A stretch of DNA of 59,191 nt, filler included. It is 5 parts of 5 records of this genome, joined end to end, with 100 filler letters (N's around TTAATTAATTAA, not from the genome) between each part and the next. Parts side by side here need not be neighbours in the genome. Positions count along the whole stretch, not along the records: positions 24,252 to 39,029 come from DRR723986_18032; 4 more parts are not named here. One strand, 5' to 3'. This document shows positions 26,554 through 36,574 of the stretch, piece after piece. Each line of letters begins with the position of its first letter. Positions within the stretch are counted from its first letter, which is position 1. The position numbers and the translations under genes were made by a program. Below the pieces are notes generated by a model. It searched no databases, was not told the origin of the DNA, and saw nothing but the letters and a program-made list of their open reading frames with translations.

Positions 26554-29247
26554 TTACAATTTAATCAATTTAGTTTTATACTGTCGATCATCATAATGAA
26601 TATACAGATAATAGATTCCTCGTTCAAAGGTAGACAGATTGATTTGTCCAGCGTTTCCTTTCAAATTTTTTCTTTCAAGAATAACACCGGTATTAGATAT
26701 TAATTGATAGTCAAATTCTCTGCAATTACCAATATTTATATTGATAACATCTTTCGTTGGATTAGGAAATATAGAAATTTCGTTCTCAATTTCTTCGATC
26801 TTGTCTGCCTTTTCTTTTGTCTCGCTTATCTCCTCAGTTGAAATTGCACTTTTTACCGATAAACCTTCAGGATAAACGGCGAATAAAAAAATCGGTGAAA
26901 AATAATCTCCCGTTAATATTGTAGGATATTCTAATTCAATTGAATCACCCGATATACCGGTTAGCGTTACATCATTTGTACCGATAAAAATGCCTGATAA
27001 ACCATCATACCATTCAATTTTATAATTGATGTAGGCACCCCCTTGTGGATTCAATTGACTAATAATATTAGGTATAAAAATACCAGAAGATAAATCCGAA
27101 TAATAAAAACCAAGACTCTGCTCATATTTTGGAGCAACGGGCCAATCTGAGCAAGGCAAAGAATCCGCCATAGTCCTATGATTAAATGTACGATTTGAAA
27201 TTGCACCTACAACTTTGGTTTCATTATACGAGCCCAACGGTTCAGTTTGCAAATACAAAACTTCAACTTGCTCGTTATTCACGGTAATTGGGGTTTTTGC
27301 TTCCCAGTTTTCTTCATCTAACAGGATACCTTGCATAAAATCATTTATCGTTTGCATATATTGCCATTGGATCAAGTTTTTTTCTCCCGGTCTTTGATAA
27401 TCCCAATGTAAACCAGTGGCTGCCAAACCGGTGAAGGGAGTTAACAAATAATTCTTCACATAATTGGTACCTCCATTACAAAAACCCGTCTGACCACCAG
27501 GCCCATATTCGCTGTGCATATACGGCCCTAGATGTTTAACTGTCTCAGTTTCTTCAAAATCTTTTACCATATTATCAGGAGATTCACGATAATAATTTCT
27601 TGTGTTCACATCAATATATGGTGAATAATAAGAAGAATCTCCCCAAGTTACGTTTATAGTATCACTGTAATTGACGGCAATCAATTGATTTGTGTGTCCT
27701 AAATCATTTTTAATATATTTCGCCATTTCTTCATGCCATTGATAAATTTTTGGCGGAAATGATGGGTCTGTTAAATATGGCTTCTGGGGAGTGCCTTGAA
27801 AATAACACTGACCAGAGCTATCTGCAGGGTAAGTGGGGTTAGCCGATATCGGCAAATCACGACCTGCATGTGGTATCTCACTAAACAATTCAAAAACAGC
27901 AATTTCAGGCGCATAACCCCAACGGGCAATAATGTAGCGCAGCCGTTTTTTATAATATGCTATTGCAGTAGGGTTCGTAAAAAAATCCTGCGGTCCTTGA
28001 ACTCCAGGTATAGAGCTGTAACAGTAGCCGTTATCATTTTGAGAAAAACAAGAAACACTAGAAGCAGGGGTATCACCAAATGCCGGCCAATCCCAATATG
28101 TAGCAAAGGTGTTAGGCGTTTCGAGTGTATAATGGACATTATTGTTGAAGTGAATTTTTAAATCCAGTGAATCGGCGTGTTTAATTATTTGATCTAATTC
28201 CCATGCATGTCCCATTCTGTCTGTGTAATTTCCTAATTCTTCAAACTCAATATCTGTTGACCAGGGGGCATTGACCATTCTAAAATAATTCCCTCCATAA
28301 TATTTTATTGTATCTATCATTTTATGATGTCGCTCATATCCAAACTTTGTCACTTGCGGGTAAGAAATAGTAGATCCGGCGGTATTATCAGGTAAAGGCC
28401 ATGCTAGGTTATGCCCTACAGGAAAAAACGGTTCATCTCCTACTTTAAAATAATGGCCATTGTCACCTACCCGCATAAAGTCTTCTTCAGTTGAAGGCAC
28501 ACAACCAAAATAAAAAGGTGCGGCATGATAAGTTCCATGTCCTGCAACAATTGCCGTAATTTGGCATTTATACGACCCTAGCTTTCTAGGTGTAAATCGG
28601 AATCTAAAATTGTGATCTACTTGAACTGGAGTGTGCCCTATTGGATTCCTTGTAACTTCTTCATAATAGAATCCATTTATTTTTTGGGCGGCTCCGTACC
28701 CCACGCCAGGTTCACTATAGAAAAAATGTGCATAAACATCAATCTCATCAGGGTTAAAAGGGTTCAATTTATTACCAGAAAGGTCATTGACAAAATTTAG
28801 AATTTCATCATTGATGGCATCTTCAAACTGAAGGCCTATTTCTAACTTTTCAAACTGGCCAACAGTTCCTGATTGAGAAGGGCCGTACCACGCCAAGTCA
28901 AAAGCAGATTGTTCAATATAAGCATGGTATTGATTTGAACTATTTGGTGCTAAATAAGCTCCTTCTTTAAAAGTAATATGGTCACCGGCCTTAACGGAAT
29001 AGCTCACCGTAGGGTCAAAATTTAATGTGCTAACCGTTTCTATACACTCTGGGTGGCTAATCCCACCACTATTGTACAGAATGTCAACTTCTGGTTGGTT
29101 TAAAATTAAACAGGGTAAAGGCTGTGGTTGTAAGACTTGACCAAATGAATGATAGGCTAATGATAGCAATAGTAAACAACTAAATAAATTTAGTACACAT
29201 TTTCTTAAGAACCTGACTTCGACAGGCTCAGTCTGACGAGTTCTCAT
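26554..29247 (-). CDS. T9SS type A-sorted protein with a GH5/DUF5060-like glycoside hydrolase barrel
   Basis: C-terminal IFPNPTKD...GIYYL...KLIK sorting domain. RYIIARWGY...FELFSE and HSEYG resemble clan GH-A acid/base and nucleophile contexts. KAGDHITFKEG small beta domain near the N-terminus. ATGA overlap with the upstream gene. Confidence 0.75.
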   Translation of the reverse strand: MRTRQTEPVEVRFLRKCVLNLFSCLLLLSLAYHSFGQVLQPQPLPCLILNQPEVDILYNSGGISHPECIETVSTLNFDPTVSYSVKAGDHITFKEGAYLAPNSSNQYHAYIEQSAFDLAWYGPSQSGTVGQFEKLEIGLQFEDAINDEILNFVNDLSGNKLNPFNPDEIDVYAHFFYSEPGVGYGAAQKINGFYYEEVTRNPIGHTPVQVDHNFRFRFTPRKLGSYKCQITAIVAGHGTYHAAPFYFGCVPSTEEDFMRVGDNGHYFKVGDEPFFPVGHNLAWPLPDNTAGSTISYPQVTKFGYERHHKMIDTIKYYGGNYFRMVNAPWSTDIEFEELGNYTDRMGHAWELDQIIKHADSLDLKIHFNNNVHYTLETPNTFATYWDWPAFGDTPASSVSCFSQNDNGYCYSSIPGVQGPQDFFTNPTAIAYYKKRLRYIIARWGYAPEIAVFELFSEIPHAGRDLPISANPTYPADSSGQCYFQGTPQKPYLTDPSFPPKIYQWHEEMAKYIKNDLGHTNQLIAVNYSDTINVTWGDSSYYSPYIDVNTRNYYRESPDNMVKDFEETETVKHLGPYMHSEYGPGGQTGFCNGGTNYVKNYLLTPFTGLAATGLHWDYQRPGEKNLIQWQYMQTINDFMQGILLDEENWEAKTPITVNNEQVEVLYLQTEPLGSYNETKVVGAISNRTFNHRTMADSLPCSDWPVAPKYEQSLGFYYSDLSSGIFIPNIISQLNPQGGAYINYKIEWYDGLSGIFIGTNDVTLTGISGDSIELEYPTILTGDYFSPIFLFAVYPEGLSVKSAISTEEISETKEKADKIEEIENEISIFPNPTKDVININIGNCREFDYQLISNTGVILERKNLKGNAGQINLSTFERGIYYLYIHYDDRQYKTKLIKL
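29215..29238 (-). repeat. CGTC-tagged REP-like element in frame inside the T9SS gene
   Basis: CGTCAGACTGAGCCTGTCGAAGTC, 24 nt, encodes RQTEPVEV (codons 4-11). Confidence 0.7.
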
Positions 29248-30455
29248 TTTGACGATTTTAAATTTCTATTCTCTTGTTCAAGGGCTGCAATTTTCTGCTC
29301 CATTTGATTCATTTTTTCATCCATTTGAATCATATACAAGGTCAACTCTTCAATTTTTTGCATGTGCAAGGTTTGCATCTCAGCTACGTTAATTCCTTCT
29401 TCAAGAATTTGTTTTTCTGATGGCATGCCAGGTAATCGGTGGTTTTTATTAATGAACTCATCAACCTCTTTTAACGAAGCCAATTCGTAATCGTCATCAA
29501 ATACATAGTCAGCCCATTGTGCTGCATCTACTCTAATCTCTCTTGCCCTGGTTAAACCATTATTTTCAATTTGAAAGATTTTTTGATTGTTGTTATCGTT
29601 AATAATTAATGCATGTTCATTACTATTATTGATCGTTAAACTTGCTTGAGAACCTACATTGGTAATCACTACTTCACCTTTATCTGAAATCGTGAATCGT
29701 TCTTCATAGGTGTTTTGACCCGGTATTTGATTTCCTAAATTCACTAAAGGAATTGATCCAGAAGAAATGTATGCGTTGATCAAGGCATTTTCAGGAGAGT
29801 TGGGATTTCCTGTTCCAATCTTAATTCTTGAAATGTAAGCTAAATCACGTACATCCAATCTGTAATTAGGATTGGCTGTTCCAATTCCGACATTTACTTG
29901 TGGACAATCGATAAACACTCTGTTTATAGCACTTGCCCACTGCGGATTCAGAATATCTCCATTAACATCACCTAGGCAAGCAAAACTGTTTGTTAAAACC
30001 CCAAAATATTGGTAAAGGTCATTGAGTAATACTTTTTTAACCTGTCCGTTATCTTTTACAATTAATAATTCAGTTGCATCAAGTGCGCCATTATAATTGC
30101 CAAGATTCTCCATCTTCACGTCTCCATTTAATTTTGAAGTTCCATCAACTCGCAAGTTATTATCAATTCTGCTTTCACCATTAACTCGCAAGTTGAGCTT
30201 CACCGTAGCGTCATCTTTAAACACTGCTTTGTCATCAACAACCAGCTTATCTTTAGCCCTAATTCTGCTTTCAACTACTAAGGAATCTTTAACCGTTAAA
30301 CAACTGTCAATCATTACCCTTCCGTTAACATCCAAGGCAGATCCCGGAGAAGCCGTTGCGGTTCCAATCGTTACTTGGCCGTTTGAAGGAAAATTGTTTT
30401 GAGCATAAGAGGTAAAAAAGGCCAATACGGCCATCATTGTGATGAATTTTTTCAT
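29244..30455 (-). CDS. Secreted fibre-like protein with a C-terminal WxDYVF...KIEELTLY (peptidase S74/chaperone-related) coiled-coil domain
   Basis: Signal peptide, VTIGT/VGIGT..P...LDV repeats, V-x-G beta repeats, then WADYVF...HRLPGMPS...KIEELTLY and a terminal coiled coil. Confidence 0.75.
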   Translation of the reverse strand: MKKFITMMAVLAFFTSYAQNNFPSNGQVTIGTATASPGSALDVNGRVMIDSCLTVKDSLVVESRIRAKDKLVVDDKAVFKDDATVKLNLRVNGESRIDNNLRVDGTSKLNGDVKMENLGNYNGALDATELLIVKDNGQVKKVLLNDLYQYFGVLTNSFACLGDVNGDILNPQWASAINRVFIDCPQVNVGIGTANPNYRLDVRDLAYISRIKIGTGNPNSPENALINAYISSGSIPLVNLGNQIPGQNTYEERFTISDKGEVVITNVGSQASLTINNSNEHALIINDNNNQKIFQIENNGLTRAREIRVDAAQWADYVFDDDYELASLKEVDEFINKNHRLPGMPSEKQILEEGINVAEMQTLHMQKIEELTLYMIQMDEKMNQMEQKIAALEQENRNLKSSK

Positions 30456-30613
30456 GATTTTAGAATTTTGAGGGAAGAAGATAGAATTTCTATATTAGAC
30501 TTCCTAGCTAAGAAACTGAAAATCAGAATAAATGCGTAGAAATACGTAAAATTATCTATAATTTTTTGCGTAGTTTCCGCAATTTGAATTGTTTGAAAAT
30601 AAAAAAGCCGACA

Positions 30614-30636
30614 GTCTCGGCTAAGCTCGACTACCG
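30614..30636. repeat. REP-like palindrome
   Basis: GTCTCGGCTAAGCTCGACTACCG, a similar hairpin class to 29215-29238. Confidence 0.5.
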
Positions 30637-30660
30637 GTTGTTTTGATAAACCGAAGCCCA

Positions 30661-31794
30661 CTACACCAAATTCAAAATTTTATTGGCATTCTTTTTATTC
30701 GAATAAATCGCATTGAACTTTTCGTCTCTGCTTGATTTCATTCGCTCAGTAAAATCAACCGCCATGAGCTCATCAATTTTTGTGGCAATGGCTTTAGAGT
30801 CGTCAATTACCTCACACATTTCTGCAAAAATCCCTGAATCATCCATCTTAGAATTAATGATGATATGTTTACCAGACTGCAAGGCATGTAGGAGTTTTAA
30901 CTTTATTCCGGTTTGCTGAAAAGTCATTAATAAATTGATATGTGCATCACGAATGAGGCCCTCCATCACTTCATGGGACGGGGTGTCAATCAATGCTACA
31001 TTGTTCTGTTGAGCAATAATTTTCTTTAAATATTTTGATGGATGCTTACCTGCAATTTTAAAGGTTTGCTGCGAATGCGGTGCTATGTTTTCTGCAATAT
31101 GCACTGCGGCATGCTCGTTTTCTTTAACAGAAAGATTACCCTGAAAAAGCACAAAACGCTTTTCATTTTCTTGACTTGCTTGAAAAACTGATTCAGCCGA
31201 ATCATTGAAAAAAGGTGGTAAATGAACAGTCTTCCCGTATTTCTCGAAATGCGGGATATCCATTTTGGCCACTGATAATATGGCATCCGTTTTTTTCAAT
31301 TCGGGTTCAAAGGCCCGCAATTTCTTCGCCTCTCTTTTTAAGTACAATTTTTTAAGGGGGTTTCGCTCCCAATTGGCCAGCCCTTCGTAATATTCATGTT
31401 CAATATTATTCGCACGAAAGATTAATCGTTGAGAACAAAAATCTTCATGCTGCAACCAATAAGCACATTGAATGCCGTCTATTAATACAGGTGCAGGGTC
31501 AGAAAGTGTTTTGATTAAAATCAAAGGGTCTTTTCTTGAGGCAACCACATAAGGCAAACGGCTAAAAAGTAAGCTGAATAAGCTTTTTTTACGCTCATAA
31601 TAATGCAACTCCTTACAGTATTTTTCTAACTCTTTTGTTGGTGGATTGTGCCCTTTATAATAATAACAGTGATAAATAATTTCGGCTCCAGCCTCGTGCA
31701 AACTTTTCAATTTGTAAAAAACATCTGCAATTCCACCATAGTTAGGCGGAAAAGGCACGTCAAAGGCAATGATATGTAGTTTTTTACCTGCCAT
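30661..31794 (-). CDS. GT-B fold glycosyltransferase
   Basis: FDVPFPPNYGG..DVF, NIEHEYY, FQGNLS, TGIKLKLLHAL. Confidence 0.85.
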   Translation of the reverse strand: MAGKKLHIIAFDVPFPPNYGGIADVFYKLKSLHEAGAEIIYHCYYYKGHNPPTKELEKYCKELHYYERKKSLFSLLFSRLPYVVASRKDPLILIKTLSDPAPVLIDGIQCAYWLQHEDFCSQRLIFRANNIEHEYYEGLANWERNPLKKLYLKREAKKLRAFEPELKKTDAILSVAKMDIPHFEKYGKTVHLPPFFNDSAESVFQASQENEKRFVLFQGNLSVKENEHAAVHIAENIAPHSQQTFKIAGKHPSKYLKKIIAQQNNVALIDTPSHEVMEGLIRDAHINLLMTFQQTGIKLKLLHALQSGKHIIINSKMDDSGIFAEMCEVIDDSKAIATKIDELMAVDFTERMKSSRDEKFNAIYSNKKNANKILNLV

Positions 31795-32913
31795 TTACAG
31801 ATAGATTTCTTTTAAAACTTCTGTCTCTTTTTTCCAATTCAATTCTTTGGCAGCGGTCAGTGTATTTTTTCTAAAAGTATCCAACTTCTCTTGATTTGAA
31901 AGTAATTCGTTGAGGCATTTTGCAATTTCAAGTGGATCATGTGATGGGCATATCACCCCTACCTCATAGCCTTCAACAATCTTTCTTATCTCTTTCAGGT
32001 CAGATACCATCAGTGGAATACCGGCATGAATGTAATCGAATATTTTATTGGGCAATGAAAATCGATAATTGATATTACTGTCTTTATCCATAGAAATCCC
32101 CACATCAGACAATGCGGTAAAATTCATTAATTCGTGATATGGCCTCTTGCCAAAAAACAGCACCTGATCTTCAATGCCCATTTGTTGGACATCCTCTTTT
32201 AATTGCGGAACCACATCTCCATCTCCAACAATAATCAATACTGCATTCTCAACATGTTGAATGGCCTCAATCATTTCTTCACCACCTCGGTCAATGTTGA
32301 TACCTGCCCCTTGCATAATCACGATCTTCTTGTTTTCTGGTAATCCTAAATCTTTTCTGGCGGCGGTTAATTCGGGAAAATTTGCATCCGTAATGTTTCT
32401 TACCACACGCACCTGTTTTTGATATTCAGAACGATACAAATCCGCAATAGATTCATTCACCGTGTACATGGCATCCACTTTAGGCAAGCACCTTTTTTCA
32501 ATCTTTCTCCAAAAATTTTGAACCTTAGGACGATTGACCAATTCAGGAGTACCACAATAATACTCGTGCGAATCGTAAATTAATTGACAGTTTTTTTTGA
32601 ATTTTCTCGCCCAATGATTGGCATACAAGGTATCAAGGTCATTTGATAACAATACATCTGCCTTTTTGAATAAGAGATAAAAAAATAATCTCAAATTGTA
32701 ATTGGCATAAAACAAAGGCCCTTTGGTAAACCACAATTTAAATCTTCTGGTTTTATAGGCAGTTGGCGGCATTTCTTGACTGTTCTTTAGTCTTCTGCCA
32801 ACTAGGGTGAGCTCAAAATTATTGGCCACTAAAAACTCACAAACCTTTCTGACGCGTTGATCAGTAAATAGGTCGTTCGTAACCGACACAATAATTTTCT
32901 TTTTAGAATTCAC
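31795..32913 (-). CDS. Glycosyltransferase family 4
   Basis: VTNDL.TDQRV.K, NDLDTL, YDSHE, SLPNKIFDYIHAGIP. GTG start. Confidence 0.9.
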   Translation of the reverse strand: MNSKKKIIVSVTNDLFTDQRVRKVCEFLVANNFELTLVGRRLKNSQEMPPTAYKTRRFKLWFTKGPLFYANYNLRLFFYLLFKKADVLLSNDLDTLYANHWARKFKKNCQLIYDSHEYYCGTPELVNRPKVQNFWRKIEKRCLPKVDAMYTVNESIADLYRSEYQKQVRVVRNITDANFPELTAARKDLGLPENKKIVIMQGAGINIDRGGEEMIEAIQHVENAVLIIVGDGDVVPQLKEDVQQMGIEDQVLFFGKRPYHELMNFTALSDVGISMDKDSNINYRFSLPNKIFDYIHAGIPLMVSDLKEIRKIVEGYEVGVICPSHDPLEIAKCLNELLSNQEKLDTFRKNTLTAAKELNWKKETEVLKEIYL

Positions 32914-32917
32914 GATT

Positions 32918-32952
32918 CAAATTTAACTGAATAAGCGATTATTTATTGCAAA
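32918..32952 (-). promoter_or_regulatory. Bacteroidota promoter directly ahead of the GT4 start
   Basis: Minus strand TTTG-N23-TAAATTTG, ending 4 nt before GTG 32913. Confidence 0.5.
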
Positions 32953-33062
32953 ACCCTTAATCCTGAAAAAATTATTCTCAAATCATTTATAACCCATTGA
33001 ACATTATATTGAGTTTTGAGTTGATTTTTCATGTAGATTTACTCTAGAAAAATTTGTGCATT

Positions 33063-34871
33063 ATGAATATGACTTTTTGGAAAACCTTTTGGGCTAGTTT
33101 ATTGGGTTCATTGGTTTCAGGACTTTTAATTATTGGGTTATTCTTTCTTTTATTAAACATCATGGTTTCAGGATTTGAAGACATGATGAAAGAGAAAAAA
33201 TTAAAAGTAGAGGACAATACCGTTTTGCACATGACCTTGAATTCCGAAATTGGAGATTACACTGCTGCAAGTTTTGATAAATCTACTTTTAGTTCTCATG
33301 AACAATTTGGTTTAATGGAGATACTTGACGGTATTGAAATTGCTAAAAATGACGATAAGATTAAAGGGATTTTCTTGAATTGTGATGGAGTATCAGGTGG
33401 AATGGCAACCATAAAAGAAATTCGATTGGCATTGGCAGATTTTCAAGAGAGTGGCAAATTCATTGTGTCTTACCATGAAAATTACAGCACTAAATCTTAT
33501 TACTTGTCATCTGTTGCTAAAGACTTATATGTTTTTCCTTCGGGGATGATTAACTGGCTTGGTCTAGGATCTGAAATCATATTTGTAAAAGGCGCATTGG
33601 AAAAACTTGACATTGAAATGCAGGTAATTAGAGGATCTAACAACAAATTCAAAAGTGCAGTTGAACCATTGCTGTACACTGAAATGTCGGAGGCGAATCG
33701 TTTGCAAACCCAAAAATTTCTGGATGCTTTATGGTCTGAAATTGTAACAGATGTGGCAGCCTCAAGAAATGTGAAACCAGCTTATTTGAACAAAGTTGCT
33801 GATAGTGTATTTGTACGTCAATCAGGAGATGCTGTAGATTATAAGATGGCAGACGCCGTAAAATACTATGACGAAGTGTTGGATATTTTAATTGAAAAAG
33901 CGGGGCCTAATGAAGATGGAGAAGTTGAATTATTATCCTTCAAAAAATATGCTTTGAAAAAAACGAAAGAGGCACGAACGCTTGATAAATTAGAAGATAA
34001 AAACATTGCGGTTGTATTTGCTGAAGGAGAAATTGTAGATGGATGGGGATCACCAACTCAGATTGGAGGAACAAGAGTGTCTCAAGATATTAGGGATGCC
34101 AGAGAAGATGACAATATCAAAGCTGTGGTTTTAAGAGTTAACTCACCAGGAGGATCTGCCTTGGCTTCAGACATCATTTGGAGAGAGGTAATCAAAACTA
34201 AAGAAGCTGGTAAACCAGTAATTGTTTCTATGGGTGATGTAGCTGCATCTGGCGGATATTATATTGCTTGTGCTGCAGATAAAATCTATGCTCAACCCAA
34301 TACCATTACTGGATCAATTGGAGTTTTTGGAATCATCCCTTATACTGGTAAAATGTTTGAAAACAAATTGGGAATAACCTTTGACCGTGTTCAAACCAAT
34401 GACCATGCGATATTATCAACCAACAGAAAGTTAGATGAGAGTGAATTGGCTATTGTTCAAGAAGGTGTAGATATTATTTATGATGACTTTATTTCAAAAG
34501 TAGCTGATGGTAGGGGGATGAAAAAAATGATGGTAGACAGCATTGGACAAGGAAGAGTTTGGGCCGGAACGGATGCAAAAGAAATTGGATTGGTGGATGA
34601 GTTTGGAGGAATTTATGATGCGATCTATTATGCGGCATCAGAAGCCGGCATCTCAAAAGATTCAATTCAACTTGATTTTTATCCTAAAAGAGACAATGAT
34701 CCTTTTGTTGAGTTTATCAATTTCATGGAGAATATGGATGATGAAGGTGATGACGATAAAAAATCACGACTTGAAGCTCAGGTACTAGACATCTATCAAT
34801 ACTTCAGAACTGTTGAACAATCAAGTGCAACTGTTCAGGCCAGATTACCTTATTTATTGTGGATAGAATAA
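33063..34871 (+). CDS. sppA: Signal peptide peptidase SppA (67K type)
   Basis: FKSAVEP, LRVNSPGGSALAS, SMGDVAASGGY, TITGSIGV, GQGRVWAG. Confidence 0.95.
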   Translation: MNMTFWKTFWASLLGSLVSGLLIIGLFFLLLNIMVSGFEDMMKEKKLKVEDNTVLHMTLNSEIGDYTAASFDKSTFSSHEQFGLMEILDGIEIAKNDDKIKGIFLNCDGVSGGMATIKEIRLALADFQESGKFIVSYHENYSTKSYYLSSVAKDLYVFPSGMINWLGLGSEIIFVKGALEKLDIEMQVIRGSNNKFKSAVEPLLYTEMSEANRLQTQKFLDALWSEIVTDVAASRNVKPAYLNKVADSVFVRQSGDAVDYKMADAVKYYDEVLDILIEKAGPNEDGEVELLSFKKYALKKTKEARTLDKLEDKNIAVVFAEGEIVDGWGSPTQIGGTRVSQDIRDAREDDNIKAVVLRVNSPGGSALASDIIWREVIKTKEAGKPVIVSMGDVAASGGYYIACAADKIYAQPNTITGSIGVFGIIPYTGKMFENKLGITFDRVQTNDHAILSTNRKLDESELAIVQEGVDIIYDDFISKVADGRGMKKMMVDSIGQGRVWAGTDAKEIGLVDEFGGIYDAIYYAASEAGISKDSIQLDFYPKRDNDPFVEFINFMENMDDEGDDDKKSRLEAQVLDIYQYFRTVEQSSATVQARLPYLLWIE

Positions 34872-35518
34872 TGAGGCGTAAATTCGCCATACCACTTCTT
34901 TTCTTGACTATTGCTTGCTCAGAACCAACGACAGTTGAACAATCTTCTGATCAGCTTGAAATGGAAGAGACTGTGCTGAGTGATACCGTTATTACTGAAG
35001 AAAGCTCAGAAATAATTACGAAAATAGCATTCCCGGCAGCCGTATTAGATGACCCTTGTTTGCCTTATCCAAGTGAAGAATTTTTGCACTATCTAGAGTT
35101 TGATTCTACTTTCCATGTTTATGGTGAAACCAACTTATTGCACAACTATTGTGTTGCGCATTTTGATAGCACAACACGTATTTCTCATGAAGTTGAGGAC
35201 GAATACGACATGGGGAAATATTACTGGGAGCAATCATTTTCAAACGGTATTAAATATGATGAATATTATGGCGGCGAAGGAGGATCAACCGCTACATTGT
35301 CTACTCAATGCACGAATAAAACCGCCCTCTTTTCAACTTTGAATGCCATGCTCAATTACGGCCGAGTTGTTCCTGAATGGGAATATGATGATAATGGCGT
35401 TTGGAACAGTGATTCAAGCGAATTTGCACCAAGTGATGGTGGAGTTGGTTGTTACTATACCATCATTAAAAATGACAGCACCGGATTTTATTCGGTAGAC
35501 AACTACTGTGGTTGTTAA
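34871..35518 (+). CDS. Acidic hypothetical lipoprotein
   Basis: TAATG overlap with the sppA stop, lipobox TIA-C, and a C-terminal GCYY...YCGC. Confidence 0.7.
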   Translation: MRRKFAIPLLFLTIACSEPTTVEQSSDQLEMEETVLSDTVITEESSEIITKIAFPAAVLDDPCLPYPSEEFLHYLEFDSTFHVYGETNLLHNYCVAHFDSTTRISHEVEDEYDMGKYYWEQSFSNGIKYDEYYGGEGGSTATLSTQCTNKTALFSTLNAMLNYGRVVPEWEYDDNGVWNSDSSEFAPSDGGVGCYYTIIKNDSTGFYSVDNYCGC

Positions 35519-36573
35519 GATTCAGCTGCTTTTGAATATTCTTTGATTTGTTGCTCGTCTTGCTTTTTAATCACCATAAGCGTGTCATTGGCCTCAACAA
35601 CTATGTAATCGTCTAGACCTTGCAACACCACTTTTTTACCTTGTGGTACATTCACAATGCAATTTTTTGAATCAAATAAATGGACTTTGTCTCCGATAAC
35701 AGCATTTCCATTTTCGTCTTGTTGAAGATGGGTGTACAATGACCCCCATGTTCCCAAATCAGACCATCCAAAATCAGATAATACGACACTCACATTAGTG
35801 GCTGGCTCTAACAAGGCGTAATCAATTGAAACACTCTCCACTTGTTTAAAAGCTTCATCTACAAAGGCCTGTTCATTTGAACTATTATAATCGTTGCCCT
35901 TTGAGCAAAACAGCTCATGAACGGCAGGTTTGAATTCTTTGATGCCATCAATAACAGTAGAGGCTTTCCAAATAAAAATTCCTGAATTCCAGTAATAATC
36001 ACCACTGGCTACAAACTCTTTAGCCTTATCATGATTTGGTTTTTCAGTGAATTGTTTCACTTCTTTCACGGCTCCCAATTCATTACCCGAACTGACATCA
36101 AAGTGAATATAACCGTATCCGGTATCAGGTCGTGAAGGCTTTATTCCTAAAGTGACAATTCTGTTATTTTGTGCTGTTTCAATTGCTCTATTGATGATGG
36201 ACACGAAGGCATTTTCATCCATGATTAAATGATCAGACGGTGCTACTATCAAATTCGCATTGGGATTGAGATCATGAATTTTGTGGGCGGCATACGCTAT
36301 GCAAGGGGCTGTGTTTTTTCGTTCTGGCTCACATAAAATTTGAGATGCATCTAAGCCAGTTTGCTCTGCTACCAAATCAGCATAGGACGTGTTAGTCATC
36401 ACAAATATTTGATTTCTTGGAGCAACTTTTGCAAGACGATCAACCGTCATTTGTATCAATGTTTTACCCGTTCCTAAAACATCTAAAAATTGCTTTGGCA
36501 TAGATTCTTGACTCATTGGCCAAAATCTACTCCCAATTCCACCTGCCATTATTACTCCAAAATTATCTTTCAT
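35515..36573 (-). CDS. manC: Mannose-1-phosphate guanylyltransferase
   Basis: IMAGGIGSRFWPMS..PKQF, NTAPCI, PSDH, TGYGYI, F.EKP, WNSG, SIDY, WSDLGTW. Confidence 0.95.
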   Translation of the reverse strand: MKDNFGVIMAGGIGSRFWPMSQESMPKQFLDVLGTGKTLIQMTVDRLAKVAPRNQIFVMTNTSYADLVAEQTGLDASQILCEPERKNTAPCIAYAAHKIHDLNPNANLIVAPSDHLIMDENAFVSIINRAIETAQNNRIVTLGIKPSRPDTGYGYIHFDVSSGNELGAVKEVKQFTEKPNHDKAKEFVASGDYYWNSGIFIWKASTVIDGIKEFKPAVHELFCSKGNDYNSSNEQAFVDEAFKQVESVSIDYALLEPATNVSVVLSDFGWSDLGTWGSLYTHLQQDENGNAVIGDKVHLFDSKNCIVNVPQGKKVVLQGLDDYIVVEANDTLMVIKKQDEQQIKEYSKAAES

Positions 36574-36574
36574 C

